A DNA stretch of 64,000 bases from an uncultured Verrucomicrobiae bacterium (GCA_963788655.1 CAWBHS010000062.1:128001-192000); one strand, 5' to 3'; shown: positions 1 through 10,210, numbered from the stretch's first letter. A program made the numbers and translations. The notes: generated by a model from the letters alone, not told the origin.

Positions 1-465
1 ACCCCGGTTACGTCGTATTACGACATGGCCGGACTGCGCACGGATTTGCTGTCTGAAAACCAGTTGCCGTCCCCGGTCAATCCCCCCCGGGAAGTGGTGT
101 GGCTGAATGCCTCGCGCATTTACAAAACCCACAATGATTCGGTCTATTATTTGGAAGTCGAGTACATGGCCAAGGAACAGACCGGCCTGTTGGACATTCC
201 TTATGGCCAGACGTTGACGCTCATTCTCGACGGCAAGACGATTAAACTGAGCGGGGCGGGCAGTGTCAATTTGCGGCAGGCCACGGACAATGGTTTCGTG
301 CGGGAGCGGGCGCTGTACGAAGTCACGCGTGACCAGTTGCAGAAAATCGCCGGGGCCAAGAAGGTCGAAGTCCAGATCAAAGGCAACAACGGGTTGCTCG
401 TCCGTGAATTCGGGCCGGAGAACTACCGGAAGTTCCGGTTGTTCGTGATCACCTACGCCGGTTAG
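1..465 (+). CDS. hypothetical protein, probably 5'-truncated by the window edge
   Basis: Frame is open from base 1 through ATG 25 to TAG 465; globular protein-like composition; no family recognised. Confidence 0.7.
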   Translation, partial: TPVTSYYDMAGLRTDLLSENQLPSPVNPPREVVWLNASRIYKTHNDSVYYLEVEYMAKEQTGLLDIPYGQTLTLILDGKTIKLSGAGSVNLRQATDNGFVRERALYEVTRDQLQKIAGAKKVEVQIKGNNGLLVREFGPENYRKFRLFVITYAG

Positions 466-573
466 GCCGCACCCGACCACTTACGTCGAGCGACCAAACG
501 ACCCGCATTTGCAACTGAGCCGCGACCGCGAGGGAGCACGGAAGTGGTGCTTTGTCTCCCGTCCGTAACCTCG

Positions 574-1239
574 TTAAAGCTCCGAGTCTTTGAACGATTG
601 GACCCGATAGATGGAGATCTGTGCTGCTGGTGTTCGCCAATCCGAGGCGGCGCATCCGGCCTTCACGGCCAGGCGGTTGAGGAAATCCACTTTGTCCGGC
701 AACTGCTGCCAGACTTGCGGCAGAAACGTGGCCCGGTATTCCCCGAGGCGCAGCACCACGCCGGTTTCGTGAGGCCGCAGTTGTTCCAGCAGTTCTTCCG
801 GGGAACGAAACGTCAGCAATTTCGGTTCGGTCAAAATGCTGATTTCAATCTCCAGTTCCGGCAACTCCCCTGCCTCAACCGGCGCAAACCGAGGATCCCG
901 CCGCGCCGCACCGCGTGTGTTGTGCAGCACGGCTTGGAACAAAGGCTCTTCGGGCATGATCAGCCCGATGCATCCCCGTAACTTCCCGCGCTTGGTCAGC
1001 GTAACAAAACAACCTTTCGGCTCGGCCAGTTTGGGAGGGACATCGCCGGCGGCGACTTGGGGAAGCTGACCCTGCGTCACCACTTCCTGCAACGCCTGTT
1101 TCGCCAAGGCCATCAAAAATTGCTTCTCAGCGGCGGAGTAATCAAATGGCGGGGTTTCCTGGTAACCCTCCGTGGTCGCGTCGCCGGACAACCCCCGGAG
1201 CTGGTCACGCGTTTCCTTTCCATTGCTTCGAAATTCCAT
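574..1239 (-). CDS. amrA: AmmeMemoRadiSam system protein A (AMMECR1 domain)
   Basis: Motifs GCFVTL, LRGCIG, DPRF, EISILT, ATFLPQV, L..KAG; start uncertain (1239 or 1314). Confidence 0.9.
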   Translation of the reverse strand: MEFRSNGKETRDQLRGLSGDATTEGYQETPPFDYSAAEKQFLMALAKQALQEVVTQGQLPQVAAGDVPPKLAEPKGCFVTLTKRGKLRGCIGLIMPEEPLFQAVLHNTRGAARRDPRFAPVEAGELPELEIEISILTEPKLLTFRSPEELLEQLRPHETGVVLRLGEYRATFLPQVWQQLPDKVDFLNRLAVKAGCAASDWRTPAAQISIYRVQSFKDSEL

Positions 1240-1426
1240 AAATCCACACTTCCAGTCTGCGGACGCCTCATGTTCCGCCCGAAGCGGACCATTGTCCGCG
1301 GCTTGGTGGCGCAAGAATCACTCAAGGCTCCATTTAATAAGCCGCTTTGCGAAAACGGGCATCCGCATTATTGCCTGTGCTTTGCCAGACTAATCAGTGA
1401 ATGGGGCGGGCGCAAACGACGATTTA

Positions 1427-1698
1427 GAGCCTGTTTTAAAATTGGGCGAGGTCCTGCGGCGAAGGATTTTGGACGCGGGCGAGGCGGCGAGGTCCGCGCA
1501 TCCCCGCAGCGGGCTGTAAGGATCGAGCCAACGAAGCCCGCGTTCAAAAGACCCGCCGCCCTTCGGGTTTTCGCGGAAAAGGCCGGCTGGCTTCGTTGCT
1601 CCTCGCTTACAGACCACTGCGGGTATGCGCGTTCGTCGCGCCTCGCCAGCCGGCCTTTTCCGCGAAAACAGGATCACGCCGAATTTTAAAACAGGCTC
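1427..1698. mobile_element. MITE-like element with 17-bp perfect TIR and TTA target duplication
   Basis: GAGCCTGTTTTAAAATT at 1427-1443 and its exact reverse complement at 1682-1698; TTA on both sides (1424-1426, 1699-1701); internal 25-bp perfect inverted repeat 1567-1591/1645-1669. Confidence 0.85.
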
Positions 1699-1719
1699 TT
1701 AAGGGCGGCACTTTCCGGG

Positions 1720-2160
1720 TCATGGCGGCGAAGCTTTCGATGGAGGGGCGGGAGGCAGATTGGTTTTGTCCAGCCCGCCCCATTTTTCTTGTAGCTCGGC
1801 GGCCAGTTGGCGCGCGCGTTGGATCGAGGATTCCGCGCGCTTTTCCATTTCCCGGCGAACGGTCCAATGATAACGCCAGATCAGGTTATTCGGGAGATTG
1901 GCGCTCGGATCGACGAGCATCACCGTCCGCTGCCAGTCTTCGATCAGGCGCTTGTTGGATAGCTGGTGAAGGTTGAACAACAGGTAATTGTAGAGGACGC
2001 GCGCTTCGTTGGTGTATCCGCCGGTTTGCAGCAGAATGAATGCTTCCCGAATTTCAGTGTGGCGGGATGGTCCCGACCGGGCAATCACCAGCCAAAGACT
2101 GCAGCCGAGCAATAACCCGGCGAGTCCGAACACAAACCAGCGCTGGCGCCACAATCGCAT
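1720..2160 (-). CDS. hypothetical membrane-anchored protein
   Basis: N-terminal hydrophobic helix (WFVFGLAGLLLGCSLWLVI) then helical soluble domain. Confidence 0.7.
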   Translation of the reverse strand: MRLWRQRWFVFGLAGLLLGCSLWLVIARSGPSRHTEIREAFILLQTGGYTNEARVLYNYLLFNLHQLSNKRLIEDWQRTVMLVDPSANLPNNLIWRYHWTVRREMEKRAESSIQRARQLAAELQEKWGGLDKTNLPPAPPSKASPP

Positions 2161-2308
2161 GGGACGGATTTACTCCAAGGTGGGACGTGTTGCAACGATC
2201 AAGACCGTCGCGCGGCGCTCGAAAACTCCAAAAATCGAAATCTGGCATCCCGTCTCCCGCCTTCAACCTCAGCGCCCCCGCTCGATGGCTCCGTTTCGCT
2301 CCCGCCCG

Positions 2309-3619
2309 CTATGGCACCTCGGCGGCCCGGTAAAACCGCTGCGACCGGCCGGTCACCAATGGATCCACCAACTCAATCGGACCCGGTTGCGGCGGATTGG
2401 TGTAAATTGGCAACCAATCAAGCAAGTTGGTCGAGGCGTACAAGATCACGGGCTTCACCGCTGACACGCCGGTCAATTGCAGGTGCATCGCCCCGCCGAC
2501 AAGCTGTGCTTGAGCCGGATCAAACCGCAGCACACCCGAACCGCTGTCCACGGAGACGGTGAGCGAAGCCGAGCTGCTTCCGCCCGGCCCAGTGATGTCC
2601 AGGAAGACAGGGTAAATTCCTGAATTTGTGAACACGTGATAAGGGCTGCGTTCGGTCGAAGGCATTCCGTCCCTAAAATCCCAATTCCAATTGGTAGCGC
2701 CGATGCTCATGTCCGTAAACCAAAGCCCCAACGGCGCCGTGCCAAAACCCGCCGAACTCACATAGGACGCTACGGGCGTGGTGGCAGCTTTCGCCCACAA
2801 TCGATGCGGCTGATCGTAGCCGCGAATTTCCCTGATCGTTTCGCCCGGATGCGCCGCGTTCCATTGGATGGTTTGCCCCGCAATCGTTAGGCTGGAAACG
2901 GTCCAGACATCATTCAACCTTCCTTCGTAATACTGCGAATCATCCATCCAGACCGCGTTCAGCGGATCATAAACTGCATATCCGACGCGTTTGTGTCCGA
3001 GCGAAAACTGCCCCAGGTTATTGACCTGCCACGCCACAAGGCCGTCAGCAGCGATCAAATTGGTCACGCCCCAATAGCTGAGCGCCGTTCCCTCGTATAA
3101 ACGACGGCGCTCCTGCCAGGCGCCCTGAGCCGGATCATAGACAGCGCAGCCCAGCTCGTTGTCCCAGAGCGGCAACGTCCCGCCGCCTTCCGCGCGCCAG
3201 GCCACCACCCCGCCGGCAACCGTCAGAGTCGGAATGGTCCAATAGTTGAGAGAATTGCCTTCGTAACGCCACGTCCGCTCGCGCCAGGACCGGCGATTGG
3301 GATCATACACAGCGCAACCCAACTCCGTGTCATGCGACGCGAATTGTCCGGACGCACTGGCCACCCAAGTGATAATTCCGTCCGTGACCGTCAAACCTGC
3401 GATGACCCAGAACGATGAAACGTTACCTGCGTACTGTCGGGTTGCCGACATCCACGTGTTCAATGCCGTATCATACACTTCATAGCGCACCGTGACCGAG
3501 TAACCATTGGTTACCAGGAACGTCTGAACCGAGGTCAACGGGGCCTGGAATCCCAAGCCGCAATGGACGCCGCCGAACGTCGCCAAGAGCAACGCCACGT
3601 TGGATACAACACGATTCAT
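2309..3619 (-). CDS. secreted PKD-domain protein with 56-aa repeats
   Basis: Signal peptide; four YD(P)...W...Y(E)G...W repeats; PKD signature (FTDMSIGATNWNWDF.DG...P.H.F...G.Y.V.L); C-terminal STNLLDW...RFYR module. Confidence 0.8.
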   Translation of the reverse strand: MNRVVSNVALLLATFGGVHCGLGFQAPLTSVQTFLVTNGYSVTVRYEVYDTALNTWMSATRQYAGNVSSFWVIAGLTVTDGIITWVASASGQFASHDTELGCAVYDPNRRSWRERTWRYEGNSLNYWTIPTLTVAGGVVAWRAEGGGTLPLWDNELGCAVYDPAQGAWQERRRLYEGTALSYWGVTNLIAADGLVAWQVNNLGQFSLGHKRVGYAVYDPLNAVWMDDSQYYEGRLNDVWTVSSLTIAGQTIQWNAAHPGETIREIRGYDQPHRLWAKAATTPVASYVSSAGFGTAPLGLWFTDMSIGATNWNWDFRDGMPSTERSPYHVFTNSGIYPVFLDITGPGGSSSASLTVSVDSGSGVLRFDPAQAQLVGGAMHLQLTGVSAVKPVILYASTNLLDWLPIYTNPPQPGPIELVDPLVTGRSQRFYRAAEVP

Positions 3620-3893
3620 GCTTGCGCCGAGCTTTCGCAATTTCATCGCCTGACGCAAGATTATCCCTCCGCGGAGCGCCCGCCCCGGGTGGCTCCGCTA
3701 AAGGGAGGCCATCGAACTGCGAATTTGAATTGCAAAAGCAATCGGAATTCAACACCGGAATTCGACACCGGTTGGCGAGGCGCCAACCAATGCGCCCGAA
3801 GCGGGCGCGCTCCCCGACTTGCGTCGTTGAGGTTAACGGCGATGAATTCCGTTCGCCTAATCAGGTCGCGAGGGATTAGCTTGCCGCGGACAA

Positions 3894-4839
3894 ATGACCA
3901 CTGTTACCACTGGCGCATCAGCTTTGCGGGTGTCGCGGCCTTGCCCGGTTTGCGACGCCACGGAGGCGGTGCCGTGGCTGGACAAAGGAGAGCTTCATCT
4001 CGTCAACTGCCGCCAGTGCGCCATGGTGTATGCGGACCCGGTCGATTCTGATTTGGCTTCCGGAGAATTCTACGATCGATTGGCCACCCCGTTTTACTTG
4101 GCGCCCGAAAAGCTGGAAAGCGATTACGCACCGGTTCGGTTTGCGCGTGAGCTACGGTTGTTTCGGCAGCATTGTCGCCAAGGCGCGGTGTTGGACGTGG
4201 GTTGTTCCACCGGAGCGTTCCTGCACCAGTTGCAAGCACGCTGGCCAAGTCAATACAGGGTTGTTGGCACGGATGTGGCAATCGAAGCCTTGAACCATGC
4301 CGAAAGCCGAGGTGTCGCGGTGATTCGCTCCCCCTTTCTGGACCACGATTTTGGCGCCGCCCAGTACCGATGCCATCACCTTCTGGGCGGTAATGGAACA
4401 TCTGATTGCGCCGAAACGTTTCCTGCACCGGGCGGCCATGCTGCTCCGCCCGGGTGGCTGCTGCTTTGTCCTGGTGCCCAACTTGCGCTCGTTGGCGGTC
4501 ATCCTTTTGGGAGCCAATTACCGTTACCTCATGCCCGATCACGTGAATTACTTCAGCGCCTCGACCCTCAGGAAACTTGCGGCCACGGAACCTTCTTTGG
4601 GCCTGGTGGCGCTACACTCAACCCATTTCAATCCGGTGGTCATCTGGCAGGATCAACGGCACCCGGCGACGAGTGTTTCGCCAGCGGAGCGAGCCGATTT
4701 ATTGCAGCGAACCACCCGCTGGAAGCAGAATCCTTGGCTGGCGCCATTGCGATTGGCCTACGCCGCGGTTGAACGGGGGCTGGGCCGTTTGGGATTGGCC
4801 GACAACCTCGTTATCGTGTTGCGCAAAAGATCGCTGTGA
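3894..4839 (+). CDS. class I SAM-dependent methyltransferase (frameshift near 4367)
   Basis: N-terminal CPVC...CRQC, VLDVGCSTG motif I; continues in ORF 4351..4839 as DAITFWAVMEH...LLRPGG...VPN...DHVNYF. Confidence 0.85.
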
Positions 4840-4846
4840 CGGTTCT

Positions 4847-4869
4847 GTAGGACAGGCGTCCCGCCGGTC
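4847..4869 (+). repeat. REP-like palindrome, family B (GTAGGACAGGCGTCCCGCCGGTC)
   Basis: GTAG tetranucleotide plus imperfect hairpin; related copies at 8947, 9039-9061, 14623. Confidence 0.7.
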
Positions 4870-4931
4870 GCGGACACCCGGAAACCGGGTGCTTATTATT
4901 GCCACTTGCTGCGGCCAACAACCGGCAATAC

Positions 4932-5079
4932 GTCGCGGAGCGTTTGGAGCGCGGAACTTGCTCCCGCTTTCGAAAAGCATAAGGCTCCCGAAAGAAATGG
5001 TCGCGCTTGTCAGTTTCGATCCCCTGCTCCCCCGACGAAAGCGCCGGCAAGCCGGACGCACTCCAAACGCTGGCGCGAC
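4932..5079. repeat. REP-like inverted doublet, family C (TTGGAGTGCG...GCACTCCAAA)
   Basis: AGCGTTTGGAGCGCGGAACTTGCTCCCGCTTT paired with AAAGCGCCGGCAAGCCGGACGCACTCCAAACGCTGGCGCGAC; recurs at 8725, 11949, 40110. Confidence 0.85.
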
Positions 5080-5089
5080 CAAGCTAACT

Positions 5090-5734
5090 TTATTCTGCCC
5101 GCGTCTTGGAATCCTTTTTGGCCAAATACAAATCGAGGGCGCGGGAGAGGGTTGAAAGGAACGCCACTTGTTTGCGGTTGCGGGCCATGCGCAGCACGTA
5201 CCATACGACCACGAACATCCCGACCAACCAAATGACCCCAGCGAGGCGGTTGGTTATGCCCGCCGGCAAGAGCCCAAGGAACAAGTCGGAAAACAGCTTC
5301 CCCAGATTGTCCCCCGAAACCATCTTGATCAAGCCCCACCAGACCGTGACGGCCCCCATCAGCACCGCCGCCGTGCCGAACACTGACCGGCCCAAGATGG
5401 CCGCGGGGTGCCGATCCCCAGTAAGCCCGCCAAGCTCCAAACCGGTCAGCTTGTGGAACCGGCGCAAGTCTTCCGTTTCCAGCGAACCGAAATAATCCCA
5501 AAGCGCCACCAACGCCGGAGCATCCTCGTAAAACGCGCTTTCAAACTTCTGATACATGGCCGGTTTCCCGCGCTCGTCCCGGTAGTATTCCTCCACGGCG
5601 CCGCGAATCTGCTGAACGTCGGCATGGCGTTCGGATATCCGATTGGCTTGGAGATGCCCGCGCGCCTCATCGAGAAATTGCAGGAAACGCCTGAGTTCGG
5701 CGATCCGGGGATTGCTGGACATAGTTGGAGGCAT
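5090..5734 (-). CDS. hypothetical membrane protein
   Basis: 214-aa ORF with two to three hydrophobic segments in the C-terminal half. Confidence 0.7.
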   Translation of the reverse strand: MPPTMSSNPRIAELRRFLQFLDEARGHLQANRISERHADVQQIRGAVEEYYRDERGKPAMYQKFESAFYEDAPALVALWDYFGSLETEDLRRFHKLTGLELGGLTGDRHPAAILGRSVFGTAAVLMGAVTVWWGLIKMVSGDNLGKLFSDLFLGLLPAGITNRLAGVIWLVGMFVVVWYVLRMARNRKQVAFLSTLSRALDLYLAKKDSKTRAE

Positions 5735-5971
5735 ACGCTGAGTGTTAGTCCGCTATTAACATCGATTGTTCTAACGTTTATCAACAAACGTAATCCACCG
5801 TCAAGATCCCAATTACGCTGGCAAACGAGGAAATAGCTGGCCGCAAGAACAAGTTAATGTTCATTGATCCCGGCCGCGTGATGCCCCCCCCACGTGCGCG
5901 ACGTCAAACCGGTGGGTTACTGATGAGAGCTTGGGATGGACTATGCATGGTGACATTCAATCGGCTCCTTC

Positions 5972-6106
5972 TCCCTCACCCTAACCCGCTCCCCAAGGAG
6001 AGGGAACCGATGGAGCTGCCGCTACGGAAACCAAGGGACATCGTGTTTTCAGAAGTCCGGTCATCGATTCTCCCTCTCCCTGGGGGAGAGGGCCGGGGTG
6101 AGGGGA
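5972..6106. repeat. inverted palindromic doublet (CCCTCACCC...CTCCCC/GGGGAGAGGG...GGGTGAGGG family)
   Basis: TCCCTCACCCTAACCCGCTCCCCAAGGAGAGGGAA faces TTCTCCCTCTCCCTGGGGGAGAGGGCCGGGGTGAGGGGA. Confidence 0.75.
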
Positions 6107-6528
6107 AACAAAACCATCGGTTAATCCAAAGTGTCTTCCATCCAGTCAACTGCACAGTAAGAAGGGTGTTTCCAGTGTTCTGATCCAAGGGTCCACAAAA
6201 CGGTTGAGCGTGCCGCCCCGCGCAGCTAGCAAGTTCAACAACCTGATGAAACAGATGGAAGCCGCATTACTGCCCGTTGCCGCTAATGACGAGCCTCGCC
6301 TTGCACGGCAAGACGATCGCACTGCCGCCCCAGAAATACGCTGGAGCTTGTGGGTGCCACTTGCGATTCTCCGGACGTTAGTGCCGGCAATGCTTGGCGC
6401 GCTTGTTGGCATGCTGGACCTCGGGGCATGCCCATCACGATCCCTGGCCCGAACAACTCCGGTTGGCCCGGGCCGTTCGGGAACATGCCCGGGCGCATCC
6501 CCGCCCCTCGATTCGTCGCGGGCACCCA

Positions 6529-6798
6529 ATGATCGACCGGTTGATCCTCATTCCGTACGGCTTCTTCCTGGTCCTCGAATCTCCCCTGAACCGAAGGCAT
6601 CCCTGGGACTTGTGGTGGATTCGTGATCTGGATCGCTTCGGACAAAATGAAGCCTCCCAACGTTACCGCCGCCTGATGCGCGCCGCTTTTGAACAAATCG
6701 ATGAAGCCTTTGACCGGGGTGAATCGTTCGACATCGCGGTGGATGATGATACTCCCCCGGTCGGTTATCGCTCCGTGATCCGCGTTTCCGATGAGTGA
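6529..6798 (+). CDS. small hypothetical protein
   Basis: ATG 6529 overlaps an upstream TGA (ATGA); protein-like sequence MIDRLILIPYGFFLVLESP...VSDE. Confidence 0.5.
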   Translation: MIDRLILIPYGFFLVLESPLNRRHPWDLWWIRDLDRFGQNEASQRYRRLMRAAFEQIDEAFDRGESFDIAVDDDTPPVGYRSVIRVSDE

Positions 6799-7080
6799 AG
6801 GACTTGCCGCGGCGAAGCTCCGACAAGGCCGTAGGGGGGCCGAAGCCGTTGCCAATCCGCAAGGCCCAGTATGGTGACCGCTTCGTTCGTGCTACCCGTG
6901 CCATCAGTGCGAGGACTGGCGACGGGATGATTTGGCGAAACAAATTTCCAGCTCCAGCGCTTGCTTCCTTCGGAACGGGTAAAACAGGAACAGTGGCGCG
7001 GCACTTTTGTTGAAATCTGCGATTGACTGGCTCCCTTGCTCTGAGGATGCTCAGCGCCACAAGCGTTTTCACGTCACGTT

Positions 7081-8646
7081 ATGGCAAAAATTCAACGCGC
7101 ATTATTGTCGGTTTTTGATAAGACCGGTCTGTTACCCTTTGCCCAGATTCTCGCCCGGGCGGGGATCGAGCTGATTTCCACTGGCGGCACCGCCCGCACC
7201 CTGCGGGAAGGCGGCTTGACCGTCACGGATCTGAGCGCTTACACCGGCTTTCCGGAAATGCTCGATGGCCGTGTGAAGACGCTGCACCCGAAAGTCCACG
7301 GCGGTTTGCTCTACATCCGCGGCAAGGCCGAACACGAGGAAGCCATCAAAACACACGGCATCGGCCCGATCGACCTGGTGGTGGTCAACCTGTATCCCTT
7401 CGAGCAAACCATCGCCCGCCCGGACGTGACCATCGCCGAGGCCATCGAGAACATCGACATCGGCGGACCGTCCATGTTGCGCAGTGCGGCCAAGAACCAC
7501 GATAGCGTGACGGTGGTCGTTGATCCCATGGATTACGCCGAAGTGGCCGATCAGGTTCAGGCAAATGGCGAAACTAATTTGGACCTGCGCCGCAAACTGG
7601 CGGTCAAAGTGTTTTGCCGAACGTCCGCTTATGACGGCGCCATTTCGGGCCATCTCTGCCAAGTGTTTGGCATGCGTCCCCCCCGCGACCCGGAGATTAC
7701 CCTGCCGCCGCAGTTGCACATCGAAGCGCCCCTGGCCCAATCGTTGCGCTACGGCGAGAATCCGCACCAGAAGGCCGCGCTCTACGGTTGTTTCCCAAAG
7801 TTTTACCAGCAGCTCCACGGCAAGGAGCTTTCCTACAACAACATCCTCGATTTGACCGCGGCGGCGCATTTGATCGCCGAGTTCAAGGACGATCCCCCGA
7901 CCCTGGCCATCCTCAAGCACACCAATCCGTGCGGGGTCGGGCAAGGTGCCAATTTGCGGGAGGCGTGGGACAAGGCCTTTGCCACGGACAAACAGGCGCC
8001 GTTCGGCGGCATCATCACCGTCAACCGCCCGCTGGACCTGCCCTGCGCTGAAGCGATTGCCGAGATTTTCAGCGAAGTCATCGTGGCGCCTGAGTTCACT
8101 CCGGAAGCAGCCGCGTTACTGCAAAAGAAAAAGAACCTGCGGCTGATCAAAGTGCTTCAAAGTCCGTCCAAGGCCTCGAGCTTCGATCTGCGCAGTGTGG
8201 GCGCTGAATCGTTCCTGTTGCAGGAGCGCGACGCCCAACCCAGCAAGCGCGCCGATTGGAAAGTCGTGACGCGCCGCCAACCCACCGAGGCCGAAATGCA
8301 GGCCATGTGTTTCGGCTGGCGCGTGGTCAAGCACATCAAGTCCAACGCCATCGTCTATGTGGGGCCGGATCGCACCCTGGGCCTGGGCGCGGGCCAGATG
8401 AGCCGTGTCGATGCCAGCCGGATTGCGGTATGGAAAGCGGGCGAAGCGGGACTGCCGCTGACCGGTAGTGTCGTTTGCAGTGATGCGTTTTTCCCGTTTC
8501 CCGACGGACTGGTGGCCGCGGCCCAGGCCGGTGCCACCGCCGCCATCCAACCGGGCGGATCGGTGCGCGACACGGAAGTCATTGCCGCCGCCGACCAGCA
8601 TAACGTGGCCATGGTGTTCACCGGCCGGCGACACTTCCGGCACTGA
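7081..8646 (+). CDS. purH: bifunctional AICAR transformylase/IMP cyclohydrolase
   Basis: [58 protein letters not shown]. Confidence 0.99.
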   Translation: MAKIQRALLSVFDKTGLLPFAQILARAGIELISTGGTARTLREGGLTVTDLSAYTGFPEMLDGRVKTLHPKVHGGLLYIRGKAEHEEAIKTHGIGPIDLVVVNLYPFEQTIARPDVTIAEAIENIDIGGPSMLRSAAKNHDSVTVVVDPMDYAEVADQVQANGETNLDLRRKLAVKVFCRTSAYDGAISGHLCQVFGMRPPRDPEITLPPQLHIEAPLAQSLRYGENPHQKAALYGCFPKFYQQLHGKELSYNNILDLTAAAHLIAEFKDDPPTLAILKHTNPCGVGQGANLREAWDKAFATDKQAPFGGIITVNRPLDLPCAEAIAEIFSEVIVAPEFTPEAAALLQKKKNLRLIKVLQSPSKASSFDLRSVGAESFLLQERDAQPSKRADWKVVTRRQPTEAEMQAMCFGWRVVKHIKSNAIVYVGPDRTLGLGAGQMSRVDASRIAVWKAGEAGLPLTGSVVCSDAFFPFPDGLVAAAQAGATAAIQPGGSVRDTEVIAAADQHNVAMVFTGRRHFRH

Positions 8647-8724
8647 ACGCGCGGCCGGACTGCTTTCCAAACCGAAGGCTCGACCAGTCGCTGATCAAGG
8701 TTACTTTGGTACGGCTGCCGATAG

Positions 8725-8874
8725 GTCGCGCCAGCGTTTGGAGTGCGTCCGGCTTGCCGGCGCTATCGCAAGGAGAAGTAACTTCCTAAACGTTTTGTAG
8801 GCTGTGAGGTCTGTGCGCCCCCGACAACGAAGAAAGCGGGAGCAAGCTCCGCACACTCCAAACGCTGGCGCGAC
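8725..8874. repeat. REP-like inverted doublet, family C
   Basis: GTCGCGCCAGCGTTTGGAGTGCGTCCGGCTTGCCGGCGCT ... AAAGCGGGAGCAAGCTCCGCACACTCCAAACGCTGGCGCGAC. Confidence 0.85.
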
Positions 8875-8946
8875 ATTTGAAGGTGGATTTAGCGCTGGCG
8901 GCCCTCCGAACGGTACAGGACAATTAGAACCCACATTCCGAATCCC

Positions 8947-9061
8947 GTAGGACAGCCGTCCCGGCTGTCCCGAAACACTAGCGGCCGTCATTCGTACCAT
9001 GCCGTTCCGAAATATTCGAACGTCCTTGGATCCTTCGAGACAGGCGGGACGCCTGTCCTAC
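8947..9061. repeat. REP-like inverted doublet, family B
   Basis: GTAGGACAGCCGTCCCGGCTGTC ... GACAGGCGGGACGCCTGTCCTAC. Confidence 0.85.
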
Positions 9062-9329
9062 CAGGTTCGGTGAGCGGAGGCGCCGGGAACAGTCCGGCAG
9101 GGTTTCATCCCAACGGACGGTGACATTGCTTGAACCGACCAGAAGCCGCGATCTAACAATACTCGAAGCTGCTGAAACACCTCCCACTTCGTCAATCGGC
9201 GGCCGGAGATGGAGGCGTATTGGCCGGGCTGGATTCGCACTTGGAACGTTATCCCTTCCTTCCAGTCCACGATTACGACGAGCCGCTCGGAGTTTTCCGT
9301 GATCATGCGGCAAACCGTATCACCCCTCC

Positions 9330-9389
9330 CTGACGCCCTGATGACGTTGAAATGACAAAGTTGTCATTCGCCGTTCATGCGCGGTTCAT
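9330..9389. promoter_or_regulatory. CusR/CopR-box-like operator array
   Basis: Palindrome AATGACAA-AG-TTGTCATT at 9351-9368 resembling the CusR box, with extra half-sites at 11-bp spacing on both sides, upstream of an OmpR-family regulator. Confidence 0.75.
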
Positions 9390-9535
9390 TTCATTCCGGT
9401 TTAAATACCGGGACAAACAATGATGATGAAATCATTTCAAGGCTGGCCTGGCGCCGAGCGCCTCGAATCGGTTTGTTTATGACCGCGCGATTTGACAATA
9501 CCTCGCCGTTAGGAGATAAGAGCGACGAGACAGTT

Positions 9536-10210
9536 ATGCGTATCCTCGTCGTGGAAGACGAAAAGAAGACCGCTTCCTTCATCCGTAAGGCGCTGCAGTC
9601 CGAAGGTTTTGCCGTGGACGTGCTCTACAATGGAATGGAGGCGCTCAATGCCCTGCCGCAGACTCCATTCGACGTGGTGGTGCTCGACATCATGATGCCC
9701 GGCATGGATGGCCTGAGTGTCGTGCGACATTGGCGTCAGCGCGGCATCCACACCCCCATCCTCCTGCTCACGGCGCGGGGCGAGATCAGTGAACGCGTCG
9801 AGGGGCTCAACGCCGGCGCCGACGATTACCTTCCCAAGCCTTTCGCCCTCGATGAACTCATCGCCCGCGTGCGTGCGTTGGGCCGGCGCCAACCTGAGGC
9901 GCAACCGGTCGTCTTGCGCGCCGGTGATCTGACGCTCAACACCGTCACCCGGGAGGTTCGGCGCGCCGATATGGCCATCGAACTGGCACCTCGCGAATAC
10001 CGGTTGCTCGAATTCCTCATGCGTTCGCCGGGTCGGATCTGCGGGCGGATGGCGATTGTCGAGAAGGTATGGGATTACGATTTCGATCCGGGCACCAACC
10101 TGGTGGACGTTTACATCAAGCGGCTCCGCGAAAAAATTGACGCCGATTTCGAGCCCAAGTTGTTGCACACGGTGCGCGGCGTCGGTTACACCCTGAAAGC
10201 CGCGCCATGA
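9536..10210 (+). CDS. OmpR-family response regulator (CusR/CzcR-like)
   Basis: MRILVVEDE, LDIMMP, LLTA, GADDYLPKPF, NLVDVYIKRLREKID, TVRGVGY. Confidence 0.95.
   Translation: MRILVVEDEKKTASFIRKALQSEGFAVDVLYNGMEALNALPQTPFDVVVLDIMMPGMDGLSVVRHWRQRGIHTPILLLTARGEISERVEGLNAGADDYLPKPFALDELIARVRALGRRQPEAQPVVLRAGDLTLNTVTREVRRADMAIELAPREYRLLEFLMRSPGRICGRMAIVEKVWDYDFDPGTNLVDVYIKRLREKIDADFEPKLLHTVRGVGYTLKAAP

Noticed and set aside
5915..5960. Hammerhead ribozyme core CTGATGAG
   Set aside because: No stem II followed by GAAA.
6890..7080. ZTP (pfl) riboswitch upstream of purH (GACTGGCG at about 6914)
   Set aside because: The downstream CGCCTGGG-type pseudoknot partner and expected stems were not found.
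9058..9306. Small divergent ORF next to the operator array
   Set aside because: No recognisable motif and its 3' end runs into a REP; not called as a CDS.
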